60,634 nt of DNA from Eubacteriales bacterium (GCA_045535465.1 JAZSLS010000029.1:1-60634); one strand, 5' to 3'; numbered from the stretch's first letter, positions 1 to 8,587 are shown. Made by a program: numbers and translations. Notes: generated by a model not told the origin, from the sequence alone.

Positions 1-265
1 TTCAGTTTTCTTTTGCAACATAGTTTTATCACGCCCCTTCATTTGTTTTGTTTTCAACTTGCCTAACACAAGCACTGTACCAAGTTGCTTGCGTTGCAGC
101 CTTTTCCTTTTGCCAACCATAAACTCCACCTTCCTGTTTTCAAGAATGCGGAGTTAATATAAAAAGCAAGGTTTCTTTTGGCAAGTAAAAAGGAATCATT
201 ACAGTTTTTCTTCCCAAAACAAAATTGATGAGACTGTTTCAGGTGCAATTTTATTATAAAGAGGA

Positions 266-292
266 ACGACTGGGAGGATGTCTCCCAGTCGT
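266..292 (-). terminator. Hairpin closing the minus-strand island operon
   Basis: Perfect 11-bp inverted repeat acgactgggag (266-276) / ctcccagtcgt (282-292) with a 5-nt loop, 12 nt beyond the stop of the last operon ORF (304). The trailing T-run on the minus strand is weak, so terminator function is inferred. Confidence 0.45.
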
Positions 293-303
293 CGATTTTG
301 CTG

Positions 304-582
304 TTACTTATAACTATTTAGTACTTTAATAAAACCATCATAATCTTTTTTTAGCATATCAATTGATAAAACTGCCGCTATAATCGAAAGCTTGTATTTT
401 TCAACAAGTAGCCCAACGCTAATATCACGATGTGCAAAACTATCTATATTTTCTCCTTTGAATAACTTTTCTAATATTTCAATACATTCTTCGGTCATAT
501 TGTTCAAGTCTATATTAGTTAGATTTGCTTCGTGTTCAGTGAAGCCATAATCAGAGATCAATATATTTGTATAATCTTTCAT
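304..582 (-). CDS. Small acidic cytoplasmic protein, candidate immunity partner of the adjacent HExxH effector
   Basis: 92-aa ORF with no signal peptide or TM. Its ATG overlaps the stop of ORF 582..1376 by 1 nt (TAATG on the minus strand). It is the last gene of the operon. Function is inferred from position only. Confidence 0.5.
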   Translation of the reverse strand: MKDYTNILISDYGFTEHEANLTNIDLNNMTEECIEILEKLFKGENIDSFAHRDISVGLLVEKYKLSIIAAVLSIDMLKKDYDGFIKVLNSYK

Positions 583-1376
583 TAAGAAACACCCCCATTT
601 TTAACAACTGTTTCCGCAAATGTTCTTGCATCAACCTCGATAGGTTGTGAAAAATACCGAGCAGGGTTTTGCTCATATCTAATGTAATTTGGGTGAAAAT
701 TATTTTTCCATTGCGATGCAGTATCACGATCCACACTATAAGCAGTAGGATTATTTGCAGCTGCATGTTGAAAAGCATGGCGTCCTTCGTGGAAAACAGT
801 ATCTATTGCATCAAGTCTATTCGCATTATCCGTCAAAACATCCGAATTAAGATACAAGTATCCATCTCCAGAATAATATCCTCGACTGTTTGGGTTGCCA
901 TCATAAAACCGAACACCACGCACTTCGAATCTAAATGCTTGGCCGGCTCGCAAAGCAAGAGTGTTTAATGCATCCTCGCGTTCGGTAATGTCCATTCTAT
1001 CCCAATTGCTTTCAGTGAAATATTGTGATAAATTTTGAAGACATTCAGAACATTTAACTGTTACGTCGCCATAAACATCGTTGTAAAATTCAATTTCACA
1101 TTCATCGCGGAACTGCTGTAATATAGAATTTGTTAGTTCGATATCGGTTATTCCTTTATCTTTTAAATCGTCCTTCTTTGCCTCAACACGCCTATCAATC
1201 GCATTTAACCCTGCTTGAATTAGTTCTTTTTTATCACGTTGTAATGCATAGGGCGTTTCTAGTGATGATGCATATGGCAACCCACTGGTTGTTGCGTTGT
1301 TGGTTATTTGGTTTGCAAAACTACTCGAAATAGTGTCGTTAAATTTTGACATATTCCCAGTGGCAGTTGACACCAT
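582..1376 (-). CDS. Zincin-like (HExxH) metallopeptidase-domain protein, candidate secreted effector/toxin
   Basis: 264 aa. The C-terminal half contains FHEGRHAFQH (HExxH) followed about 45 aa later by PIEVDAR, a possible third-ligand Glu. The N-terminal ~110 aa are helical/low-complexity. No Sec signal peptide. Confidence 0.6.
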   Translation of the reverse strand: MVSTATGNMSKFNDTISSSFANQITNNATTSGLPYASSLETPYALQRDKKELIQAGLNAIDRRVEAKKDDLKDKGITDIELTNSILQQFRDECEIEFYNDVYGDVTVKCSECLQNLSQYFTESNWDRMDITEREDALNTLALRAGQAFRFEVRGVRFYDGNPNSRGYYSGDGYLYLNSDVLTDNANRLDAIDTVFHEGRHAFQHAAANNPTAYSVDRDTASQWKNNFHPNYIRYEQNPARYFSQPIEVDARTFAETVVKNGGVS

Positions 1377-1393
1377 GCCTGCTACCGGGGATA

Positions 1394-1699
1394 TCAGTTT
1401 CCCGATGAAATTCCGTATTTTTTAGCAACGTAGGCGTCAATTTTTGTTGCAGTTTTTTCAAGCTCAGGAGGCAAATACTCAAGTGCTTCAGCAGCTTTCT
1501 TTTGTGCGGACTTAACATATTCCAATATATCCTTAAAATCCTCACTATGCGTGCCTAAACCTTCCATAATAGAGCTGTATGCTCTATCCATTTTTTCTGT
1601 TGCTTCGGCAATGTTTTCGATCGCAAATGGCATTGCTGCTGCAAATTGTCTTAATGCTTCGGCTCCTTCGGGAGTTAAAAACTTTTCTAAATTTGCCAT
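1394..1699 (-). CDS. Small all-helical protein (WXG100/Lap-like candidate, no WXG motif)
   Basis: 101 aa, predicted helix-loop-helix by composition (A/E/K rich, central GLGTH turn). Lies 17 nt upstream of the HExxH ORF and 12 nt downstream of the 86-aa ORF. The family call is inference. Confidence 0.5.
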   Translation of the reverse strand: MANLEKFLTPEGAEALRQFAAAMPFAIENIAEATEKMDRAYSSIMEGLGTHSEDFKDILEYVKSAQKKAAEALEYLPPELEKTATKIDAYVAKKYGISSGN

Positions 1700-1711
1700 T
1701 TTTCTTCTCCT

Positions 1712-1972
1712 TTAAATATCATCATAATCGTTAATTGCTTGTACTACAGCTTGTGTAGCATCTTCAGCAATTTGTGTAGCTTTGGTTAGCTCTTTTAAAG
1801 CTTCTTCCAAATTTCCGATGTGTCTTCTGGACAAGTCGTCGCTCCCCATAGTGGCATCGCAAACATTTGCAGCGTTTTTAAGAATAACAAAGTTTTCTTC
1901 TAACACCCCTTTGTATTCTTTAATTGCTTTTAATAATGCTTGTAAATCTTCGTATCGTGTAGCTCCTGCCAT
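1712..1972 (-). CDS. Small all-helical protein (WXG100-like size and position, no WXG motif)
   Basis: 86 aa, two helical halves separated by a TMGSDD turn. Lies 21 nt downstream of the FtsK-like ATPase. RBS-like aggagg is visible upstream on the minus strand (nt 1979-1984, reverse complement). Confidence 0.5.
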   Translation of the reverse strand: MAGATRYEDLQALLKAIKEYKGVLEENFVILKNAANVCDATMGSDDLSRRHIGNLEEALKELTKATQIAEDATQAVVQAINDYDDI

Positions 1973-1993
1973 GATTTTACCTCCTATAATAAT

Positions 1994-4900
1994 TTATTCT
2001 AAGTAATCCTCTTCTTCATCAACGATATTGATTGCATCTTGGCCCTGTACAGACCAACCATCAATGCACAAACCATTGTGCAAATATGGCCTGAATGAAA
2101 CTTCTTCTATCCCGTTTGTATAACGGAATATATGATTTGTTAGATTGGAAACCGCTTCAGCAAAGGAAGATGTAACAATTCCCACTGCTTCACTTTTAGC
2201 GGTTTGGAACATTATTCTATGCCTAAACAACGATTCATCCAATTTTGTTTGTCTGAAATCGCCACAAGTATCAAACTGCATTACGAAATGATATCCCCAT
2301 CTTGGCCCATGAGTGAGAATATATTTCAAATCATTTCGTGCGTCATATACTTTAGGATTGGCCAATGCATTTGCGGTGTTTGAAGAAATTTGAACGGTAA
2401 CACTTGACTTTACAGTAGTTACATTATCTGTTGACTGACCGCCATCTACATCGAGTTCCAAAGAGGCGAGGAATGTGTTTATATCCGCTTCGCCTTCATT
2501 GCGGCTTATCGAACCATATTCTTCATAAACACTCAAATCTTTTTTGCTATTAGACTGGTTCTCTTCGGCAAGATATTGCATATCCATCATAATGGTTTCA
2601 TAATTCATTATGAATATGGTTGTATTGGCTTCGACTTTGTCTTCAATAGCTTTCTTTAACTGAGATATTCGCGTACAGATATCTTCGATTCTTGAATACG
2701 ATTGATCAAAGGAAAAATCACATTCAGTTGTAATCTGTCGATAGATAGGGTTCTTAATAGAAGTCCAACACTCAGCTCGAACATCTTGCATTTTCAACGA
2801 ACGCACCGCACTCATAATTAAAGATGAACCCGACGTTTTTTCTCTTGTGGGAGCAACAAGCAAACAGTTTTCACAGAATCCATCAACCATTTCGATAGGA
2901 TAAAGCTTTAGCATTCTTTGCGGACTTCCTATAAACATGGTAATGTTTTTTTCGTAACTATTAGCGTTTGACTTGTTTAGATGCTCTAAAATGTCATCCG
3001 TTTGTTCCTCGAAAATTTCAAATGCATTACCATCTTTTATCATCGGACGTTTATGGATATAGGATTCAAAAACAGAAGCATCATAGGTCTTTTGTGGTGT
3101 GAACGTATGGTTAATAGATTCTATTAACGGAATTTGGCTATCTGAATTTGGTATGTACAAAACGTGAGCGTTACTTAATCGATCGCCTTGATCTGTGAGA
3201 GGAATTCTTTTGAGCGCGTAATGTACGGGCAGTTGTTCCATCAATAACTCGTCTCTCTCGCTGATGGTTTTTAAATCTAATGTGCTTTTTATGTCCGCAT
3301 AATCCGCTTTCATTGCGATTCTTTGTTGGATTTGATCCTTGGCCATTTCGGTCAAACCTCTTGTACCTTCGGTAAATCCTTGGCTAGAGAAGATGAATCG
3401 CATACCCAGTTTTGCACTTTTTGCTAAAATGGTTTGTAATTTAATCCTGTAATCTTCTTTTGCTAATGTAACTGAATGGGCTAATATATTTGACATTATC
3501 GAAAACTCATCAATAACAACAAATAATTCTGGCATGTATTTTTCTTCAGGAACATCACTCAATTTTTCCCATTTGCCCATAAATTTGTTTTGACGGGATA
3601 ACATTATTTCGGTAAGACGGTCCACCAAATCATAAACCAACTCGGGGGATTCGTCCAAAATAATATATCTTATATGGGGTATATTCTTGTTGACATATCG
3701 GCTAAATTCTGTTTTACCAAAATCCACAAGCCAAATTTCAACATTATCGGGATGAGTGGATTGTAAAATGCCTGTAATAATTGTGTGTATCAATGTTGAT
3801 TTACCGGAACGTGATGCACCGCAAATATAAGTGGCGAAATTTGAGTTTTCAAAGTCAAGATAAAGAATATTCCCATTGCTATCAAGACCATACGGAATAT
3901 TATCTAATTTTCTAATACCCTTTTTATGGCGTGTAGCTAACTCGAGACCAACTCTATTCAAGTAATTATTATTTAAATCGATAACAGATTTTTCGTTTAT
4001 ATATATCCGCTCAATATCGGCCGGCAAATTTGATGGTGCTAAATACCATGTAAATGCATGCGCTTTATCATTCTTGATAGAAAGATAAAAATCGTTATCG
4101 CTTTCAACGGTGATGTTAGTAGCGATATTTTTAATGAATTGATATATATCCGAATCAACTTGTCTATTTGCAGATTGATTATGTGTTAAAATTACAACGA
4201 TTCCATAATATTCTGCATTTGCACACAATTGTTGTATTAAATTGACTGAAGTTGAATCATATGCCTGGGGAAAATCGTGAAAGACAAAAACCTGCTTTTT
4301 GCCTTTGCTTTCACTTTTACTCACAGTGGCAACAATAGACTTGAGTTTTTTTCTAATTCCTTCTTCGGAATTAGGAACAGTATCTATTATTGAGTCATCT
4401 CCGCACAACTGGGACAAACAACCGAGCGAACTGGAATTAAATCGTATTGGGTCGATAAAAGCAATCTGAGTGAGATCTTGCCCGTAATGACGCAGATTGT
4501 TTAAAAGAATATTCTGTATTCCTTTTAACACATTTGCTTCTGACGAATTAGTATATTCAGCAAGTATAACCAATCCATCATTAACAATGATGTTTGCGGG
4601 TATTGATATTGTGGATTTTACAGCATTACACACTCCTTTGGTCTTATCAACAAATTTGGTTTCCATTCCTTTGGGAATTGGCAAAGGTAGTTCAACAGAT
4701 CCAATTGAAATGGTTCCGGTTTGTTCCGAGGATATGGACACTTTTTCCGTTTTCCCACCAAAAACATTTTGGTCGTTCAATACAAGATCTATAAATGACG
4801 AAAAGGATATGGAAAATAAATAGTTTTCTACTTCCGCCTTAGTGATCGAAATTTGGCTTTCGATAACGGAAGTCATCCTGTTGAATTCATTGGACAAATT

Positions 4901-5308
4901 CGCAATATGCATATCACTTGCTCTTGTTAACGAATCAACAGCAGATCTTAAATAAATAAGCTGCGCTGTTGCCTCAGCATACAGTTGAACAGCGTATGGA
5001 TCGTTAGATAAACCACTATTAATTTGAACAGAAAGGCGTGACAGGATACCGCTATCAAAAGGTTTTGCACTACTTGCATTCGTGTGAATTGAAGAATGTG
5101 TTCTAGCTATTTCAATAAAAGCATTGACTTTTGCTATGTGACGTTTGTTTTCTGCTAAATCATCTGCAAGTTTTTGCTTGGCATTAGCAATATCGTCAGA
5201 AAGTTTAGCCTTGTTTATTTCAACTTGTTGATATAGCGAAACGAGCCTTTGATTTAAAGTCTCAAGATCGGAATATATTTTATCGTATTTTTTTAACAAT
5301 GTGTCCAT
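1994..5308 (-). CDS. FtsK/SpoIIIE-family multi-domain ATPase (EssC/EccC-like) lacking recognisable TM or FHA regions
   Basis: 1104 aa. Intact Walker A CGASRSGKST (about nt 3800-3830) and Walker B-like ELFVVIDEFS. Flanked by two degenerate P-loop-like domains (QVFVFHDF..IVVILTHNQ upstream; LLVAPTREKTSGSS..TTIFIMNYE downstream). N-terminal ~150 aa are coiled coil. No hydrophobic stretch of TM length was seen. Confidence 0.8.
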   Translation of the reverse strand: MDTLLKKYDKIYSDLETLNQRLVSLYQQVEINKAKLSDDIANAKQKLADDLAENKRHIAKVNAFIEIARTHSSIHTNASSAKPFDSGILSRLSVQINSGLSNDPYAVQLYAEATAQLIYLRSAVDSLTRASDMHIANLSNEFNRMTSVIESQISITKAEVENYLFSISFSSFIDLVLNDQNVFGGKTEKVSISSEQTGTISIGSVELPLPIPKGMETKFVDKTKGVCNAVKSTISIPANIIVNDGLVILAEYTNSSEANVLKGIQNILLNNLRHYGQDLTQIAFIDPIRFNSSSLGCLSQLCGDDSIIDTVPNSEEGIRKKLKSIVATVSKSESKGKKQVFVFHDFPQAYDSTSVNLIQQLCANAEYYGIVVILTHNQSANRQVDSDIYQFIKNIATNITVESDNDFYLSIKNDKAHAFTWYLAPSNLPADIERIYINEKSVIDLNNNYLNRVGLELATRHKKGIRKLDNIPYGLDSNGNILYLDFENSNFATYICGASRSGKSTLIHTIITGILQSTHPDNVEIWLVDFGKTEFSRYVNKNIPHIRYIILDESPELVYDLVDRLTEIMLSRQNKFMGKWEKLSDVPEEKYMPELFVVIDEFSIMSNILAHSVTLAKEDYRIKLQTILAKSAKLGMRFIFSSQGFTEGTRGLTEMAKDQIQQRIAMKADYADIKSTLDLKTISERDELLMEQLPVHYALKRIPLTDQGDRLSNAHVLYIPNSDSQIPLIESINHTFTPQKTYDASVFESYIHKRPMIKDGNAFEIFEEQTDDILEHLNKSNANSYEKNITMFIGSPQRMLKLYPIEMVDGFCENCLLVAPTREKTSGSSLIMSAVRSLKMQDVRAECWTSIKNPIYRQITTECDFSFDQSYSRIEDICTRISQLKKAIEDKVEANTTIFIMNYETIMMDMQYLAEENQSNSKKDLSVYEEYGSISRNEGEADINTFLASLELDVDGGQSTDNVTTVKSSVTVQISSNTANALANPKVYDARNDLKYILTHGPRWGYHFVMQFDTCGDFRQTKLDESLFRHRIMFQTAKSEAVGIVTSSFAEAVSNLTNHIFRYTNGIEEVSFRPYLHNGLCIDGWSVQGQDAINIVDEEEDYLE

Positions 5309-5323
5309 AGCGATTCCTCTTTT

Positions 5324-6277
5324 TTATTCTACTGCCCATCCACGAGTTTCTTTATAATTACCATTAGTTGCAGTGTAAACTATAGTTGCGGATACATAAG
5401 TGTTGTAATAGTCATATTTTATATTGGTTACGATATTAGTACCGCTAGCATCTTGCGGGTATTTCATTGTGATGTTTAGCTGGATTGCAGATGCGATAGC
5501 ACGCGTCAAGGCTGTTTGCTCTAAAGGTGTTTCTAATTCATCGCAACGCTTGATTTCAAAATCATATGTTCCCAAATTGCATTCGATTTTATTTCGATAA
5601 ATTTTAAAAACAAAAGGTATATTGATTTGTTGGATATGGCTTCTTCTGTCAGCCGCATCGATGGTTTTTACAAATCCGTTGGTCATCCAATCAATAACTT
5701 CAACTGCCAAAGGACTTTCGGCAAATCGAACGCTCATTTTCTGCGCTTCGGCATTAAATCCGTTTAAATACGCCTGGTATTGTGCATCGGCTTCCGCTCT
5801 AACTTTTGCAATTGCTTTTTCACAATTCTCGTTTTCTGTGGCAATTTTATTTTCGGCATTTTGATTTGCAGAAGCGATTTGATTATCAATACTCTTATTA
5901 GAACCATTTTGTGCTGCAGCAATTAATCCACAAATGATCAATCCCAAAACAGCGCCAATAATACCGAACATAAACCAAAAAGCAAAAGCTGAACCGATTG
6001 AATCGCTAAAGTGAATCTGCGAGTCAATAGCATCTCCATTTGTGAAACAAACAAAAACACCGACAATTAATCCGACCACGCCACCGCCACCGGCAAAACT
6101 TAAATATTGCGGTTCTCCAGTGCTTTTGGACGAGTTTAGATTGCTTACAGTATTATTTTTAGATGTATTCAATCTGTGAATAGCATCGTTTTTTTGATTG
6201 GTGATTTGGCTAATTCTTTGATTTGTACTTCTTTCTAATTCTTCTTTATAAGTGTACGGAAACTGATTAAAGTTCAT
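5324..6277 (-). CDS. Membrane protein with two central TM helices and coiled-coil/beta-rich flanks
   Basis: 317 aa. Hydrophobic segments GGGGVVGLIVGVFVCF and FAFWFMFGIIGAVLGLIICGLIAAA. Q/N/A-rich helical stretch follows. Overlaps the upstream Lgt ORF by 11 nt. Confidence 0.6.
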   Translation of the reverse strand: MNFNQFPYTYKEELERSTNQRISQITNQKNDAIHRLNTSKNNTVSNLNSSKSTGEPQYLSFAGGGGVVGLIVGVFVCFTNGDAIDSQIHFSDSIGSAFAFWFMFGIIGAVLGLIICGLIAAAQNGSNKSIDNQIASANQNAENKIATENENCEKAIAKVRAEADAQYQAYLNGFNAEAQKMSVRFAESPLAVEVIDWMTNGFVKTIDAADRRSHIQQINIPFVFKIYRNKIECNLGTYDFEIKRCDELETPLEQTALTRAIASAIQLNITMKYPQDASGTNIVTNIKYDYYNTYVSATIVYTATNGNYKETRGWAVE

Positions 6278-7043
6278 TGATTGTATTCTCCTTTATGATC
6301 ATATAATTTTGTTTTTTATTTTGATTGGAATAAAGCAAAACAGTTATTCCAAAAAGCAATGTTAAAAGGCTGATGATTTGGGATGTTGACAAGTGTCCCC
6401 AGATACCACGAATATCATCACCACGTGCATACTCAATTACAAACCTATAACAAGAATATGTGATAAAATATATAGCTGTTCTTCGACCACGTATTTTCGT
6501 TTTATAAACAAATTGAAAGAATATAAATAACAAAATACAAAACAGAATCTCAATAAACCAAGTGGGAAACACTTCGACAAGCTCACCGTCAATTGGATAA
6601 CTAACGGCGAAAGGGCCATCATATTTGCATCCATAACAACAACCATTAAGATAACATCCAAATCTACCAATAGCATGTCCTAATGGAAGCAATGAAACAA
6701 ACACATCCGTATATTCTAAAAAGGGTTGTTTTTTTATTGCGCAAATTATTGCTAAGGACGCACACCCTCCAATAACACCACCGTAGAATACAGCCCCACC
6801 AAACAACAAATTGTACCAAAAGGGTTTATTAGAAACTGACATCATTGTAATAGCCGATAGCAATCTTACTCCAACTGCAGTTCCTATTAAAACGGGTACA
6901 ATCTTTTTCATTAAGTCTAAGAGGTACATTTTGGGGTACATCGGAGATTTAATATATACAGTAATAGTAGTAAAAAGTGCGATTAGGATTAGAAGTGAAA
7001 AAGTCGATATTTTCACACCTAGCAATTCAATGTAAGGAAACAT
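6267..7043 (-). CDS. lgt: Prolipoprotein diacylglyceryl transferase (Lgt) paralog
   Basis: 258 aa polytopic membrane protein with Lgt-family signatures FYGGVIGG and HAIGRFGCYLNGCCYG (Clostridial variant of the GRxGNFxN motif). Confidence 0.75.
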   Translation of the reverse strand: MFPYIELLGVKISTFSLLILIALFTTITVYIKSPMYPKMYLLDLMKKIVPVLIGTAVGVRLLSAITMMSVSNKPFWYNLLFGGAVFYGGVIGGCASLAIICAIKKQPFLEYTDVFVSLLPLGHAIGRFGCYLNGCCYGCKYDGPFAVSYPIDGELVEVFPTWFIEILFCILLFIFFQFVYKTKIRGRRTAIYFITYSCYRFVIEYARGDDIRGIWGHLSTSQIISLLTLLFGITVLLYSNQNKKQNYMIIKENTINEL

Positions 7044-7056
7044 TTATATTACCCAT

Positions 7057-7272
7057 TTAATTAGTGTTTTGTGATTTTACAAAGTCGGCAATGTCTCCAA
7101 TATTGCATTCAAGAACTTCAGCAATCCTTAAGAGAACGGAGATGGACACCTCTTGATTTTTCCTTAACTTAGTAAAAGTCGCGGGCGAAATTCCTGCACG
7201 TTTTCTAAGCTCTGCTTGAGTCAATTCTTTCTCTGCACATAAAACCCACATTTTCTTATAATTGATTTCCAT
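7057..7272 (-). CDS. XRE-family helix-turn-helix transcriptional regulator
   Basis: HTH core LTQAELRKRAGISPATFTKLRKNQEVSISVLLRIAEVL. I prefer the ATG at 7272 (MEINYKK..., RBS aggtgg 6 nt upstream) over the track start at 7290. Confidence 0.8.
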   Translation of the reverse strand: MEINYKKMWVLCAEKELTQAELRKRAGISPATFTKLRKNQEVSISVLLRIAEVLECNIGDIADFVKSQNTN

Positions 7273-7301
7273 GGTATACCACCTATGCATATATTTCTTT
7301 C

Positions 7302-7330
7302 ATTGTACCACAATTTTTTTGATTAAACAA
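7302..7330 (-). promoter_or_regulatory. Sigma-A-like promoter of the island operon
   Basis: On the minus strand: TTGTTT (7330-7325), 17-nt spacer, TACAAT (7307-7302), about 30 nt upstream of the XRE start. Confidence 0.4.
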
Positions 7331-7585
7331 CAGTTTTTTAAAAAAACGCATTATAAATTCGTACTTTCGCACGATTATTGTTGGTTCTTTTCATTTATAT
7401 GAAATATAATACATGAAAAGAGTATGGTAATTTTACTTGCTTTTTAGAGGTACGCCTGCAATATTGTAGGCGTACTTTTTATATAAACCAAGGAGGAATA
7501 GAAATGTTCGTAAAAGCAACGACAAAAGTAGTTGATTAAAAAGCATTCGGATCACAAGGCTGTGTGTGACCGAAGGAACGCAAAT

Positions 7586-8230
7586 ATGACTACAGCGGAA
7601 GTTGGTATGCCATCATTTGCAAACAGCCAACCGTCAGCGGTAGACGGCGTGAAAGATGTTCTTTGACCTATACCGCAAATGCTTCCGTACAGCACATAAG
7701 TACGGCAATGTTTCCGGGATTTACGTTGTAATAACAAATCTCTACCGAACGCCCGAGTTTTGCGGGGCGGCAGATTTATGATCTGCACTCGGTATGCGCA
7801 GCCGCTTGTCGGCACTCTGTTCTGCAGAGTCGGAGGTGCCGTGCGGCAAGGCATTTTGGGAGTATAAGAAACGAAAACCGGAGAAATGGCAGGTAAAGGC
7901 GCTGAAACTGCCAATGGGTGAGCTACGCCTTGCCGCGTTATGATGTGCTCTTTCAAATGATAAATGACCCTCTCACCGGATATGATAATATCCCATTGGA
8001 CATCCAAAAACTTCAAGCTAAAAAGCAAGCGCCCCTTTAACTTTGATTACGGAATGAGCGATGAGTGGACGGGATATGAAAAAGCCGACATAATGTTGTT
8101 TTATCCTGCACCGGTCGGTGCGTCTGTTTCTGAAAACGGAACAGAGAGAGAAATATGGAACGGTGATTTTACAGGAGAAGCCTTGTTTTATACCAAAAAA
8201 GGATTTTTAGAGTTGTTAACTAAACACTGA
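7586..8230 (+). pseudogene. Decayed coding region (protein-like segments in three frames), unknown family
   Basis: Protein-like translations are interrupted. Frame 2 runs MTTAEVGMPSF..VKDVL*. Frame 0 runs FDLYRKCFRTAHKYGNVSGIYVV..*..CGKAFWEYKKRKPEKWQVKALKLPMGELRLAAL*. Frame 1 runs YDVLFQMINDPLTGYDNIPLDIQKL. Frame 2 then gives the 88-aa ORF 7964..8230. At least 3 frameshifts and 1 in-frame stop are required. The region is GC-richer than the island on its left. Confidence 0.3.
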
Positions 8231-8317
8231 CCTTTACGCTTATTAAAACACTACAAATAAGCGTAAAAGTAAAGTGTTTTTTGAAAAATAGTATTATTTA
8301 CTTAATCGATGTAAGAG

Positions 8318-8356
8318 CCGCTGAGGATTAAATTTTCCTCGGCGGTTATCTTTGTT
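8318..8356 (+). terminator. Rho-independent terminator-like hairpin
   Basis: 10-bp stem ccgctgagga / tcctcggcgg (one G-U), 8-nt loop, followed by ttatctttgttt. Confidence 0.5.
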
Positions 8357-8492
8357 TATGCGTATCAATGGTTGACATTTACAGGGCGAAGGCGTCAGTT
8401 AGACCACCGAGACGGGCGGTGTTTTTTATTGACTTTTTTCTATAAAGAGCGATATAATTTTATTGCGTAAAAAATTAAATATTTTGGAAAAA

Positions 8493-8523
8493 TTTTTGGA
8501 CGTTTTGCGATTTTTGGATATTA
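8493..8523 (+). promoter_or_regulatory. Promoter-like element TTTTTGGAC-N16-ATATTA (copy 1, upstream of the sigma gene)
   Basis: TTTTTGGAC at 8493-8501 and ATATTA at 8518-8523 with a T-rich 16-nt spacer. The same 9-mer/16/6-mer recurs at 9140-9170. Confidence 0.4.
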
Positions 8524-8587
8524 TGTAGCGAGTGGTAAGATATTTGATGCTTTTGCGTACTCTACAATTACGGAACGGAGGCAGGCT

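Noticed and set aside
63-248. 61-aa minus-strand ORF at the left edge, and a possible minus-strand ATG at nt 41 running off the window
   Set aside because: It lies beyond the operon hairpin, has no RBS and has a Cys/Lys/Leu-rich, implausible sequence. There is insufficient sequence to support any call.
7552-8028. 158-aa minus-strand ORF in the junction region
   Set aside because: Its composition is Arg/Pro/Thr-rich with no start context. The same DNA gives more protein-like but broken translations on the plus strand, so I treated the region as gene debris.
1-8400. Calling the AT-rich island a defined mobile element (ICE, prophage or transposon)
   Set aside because: No integrase, recombinase, transposase, tRNA target or terminal repeats are visible in the window. 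Only composition and adjacent gene debris support horizontal origin.
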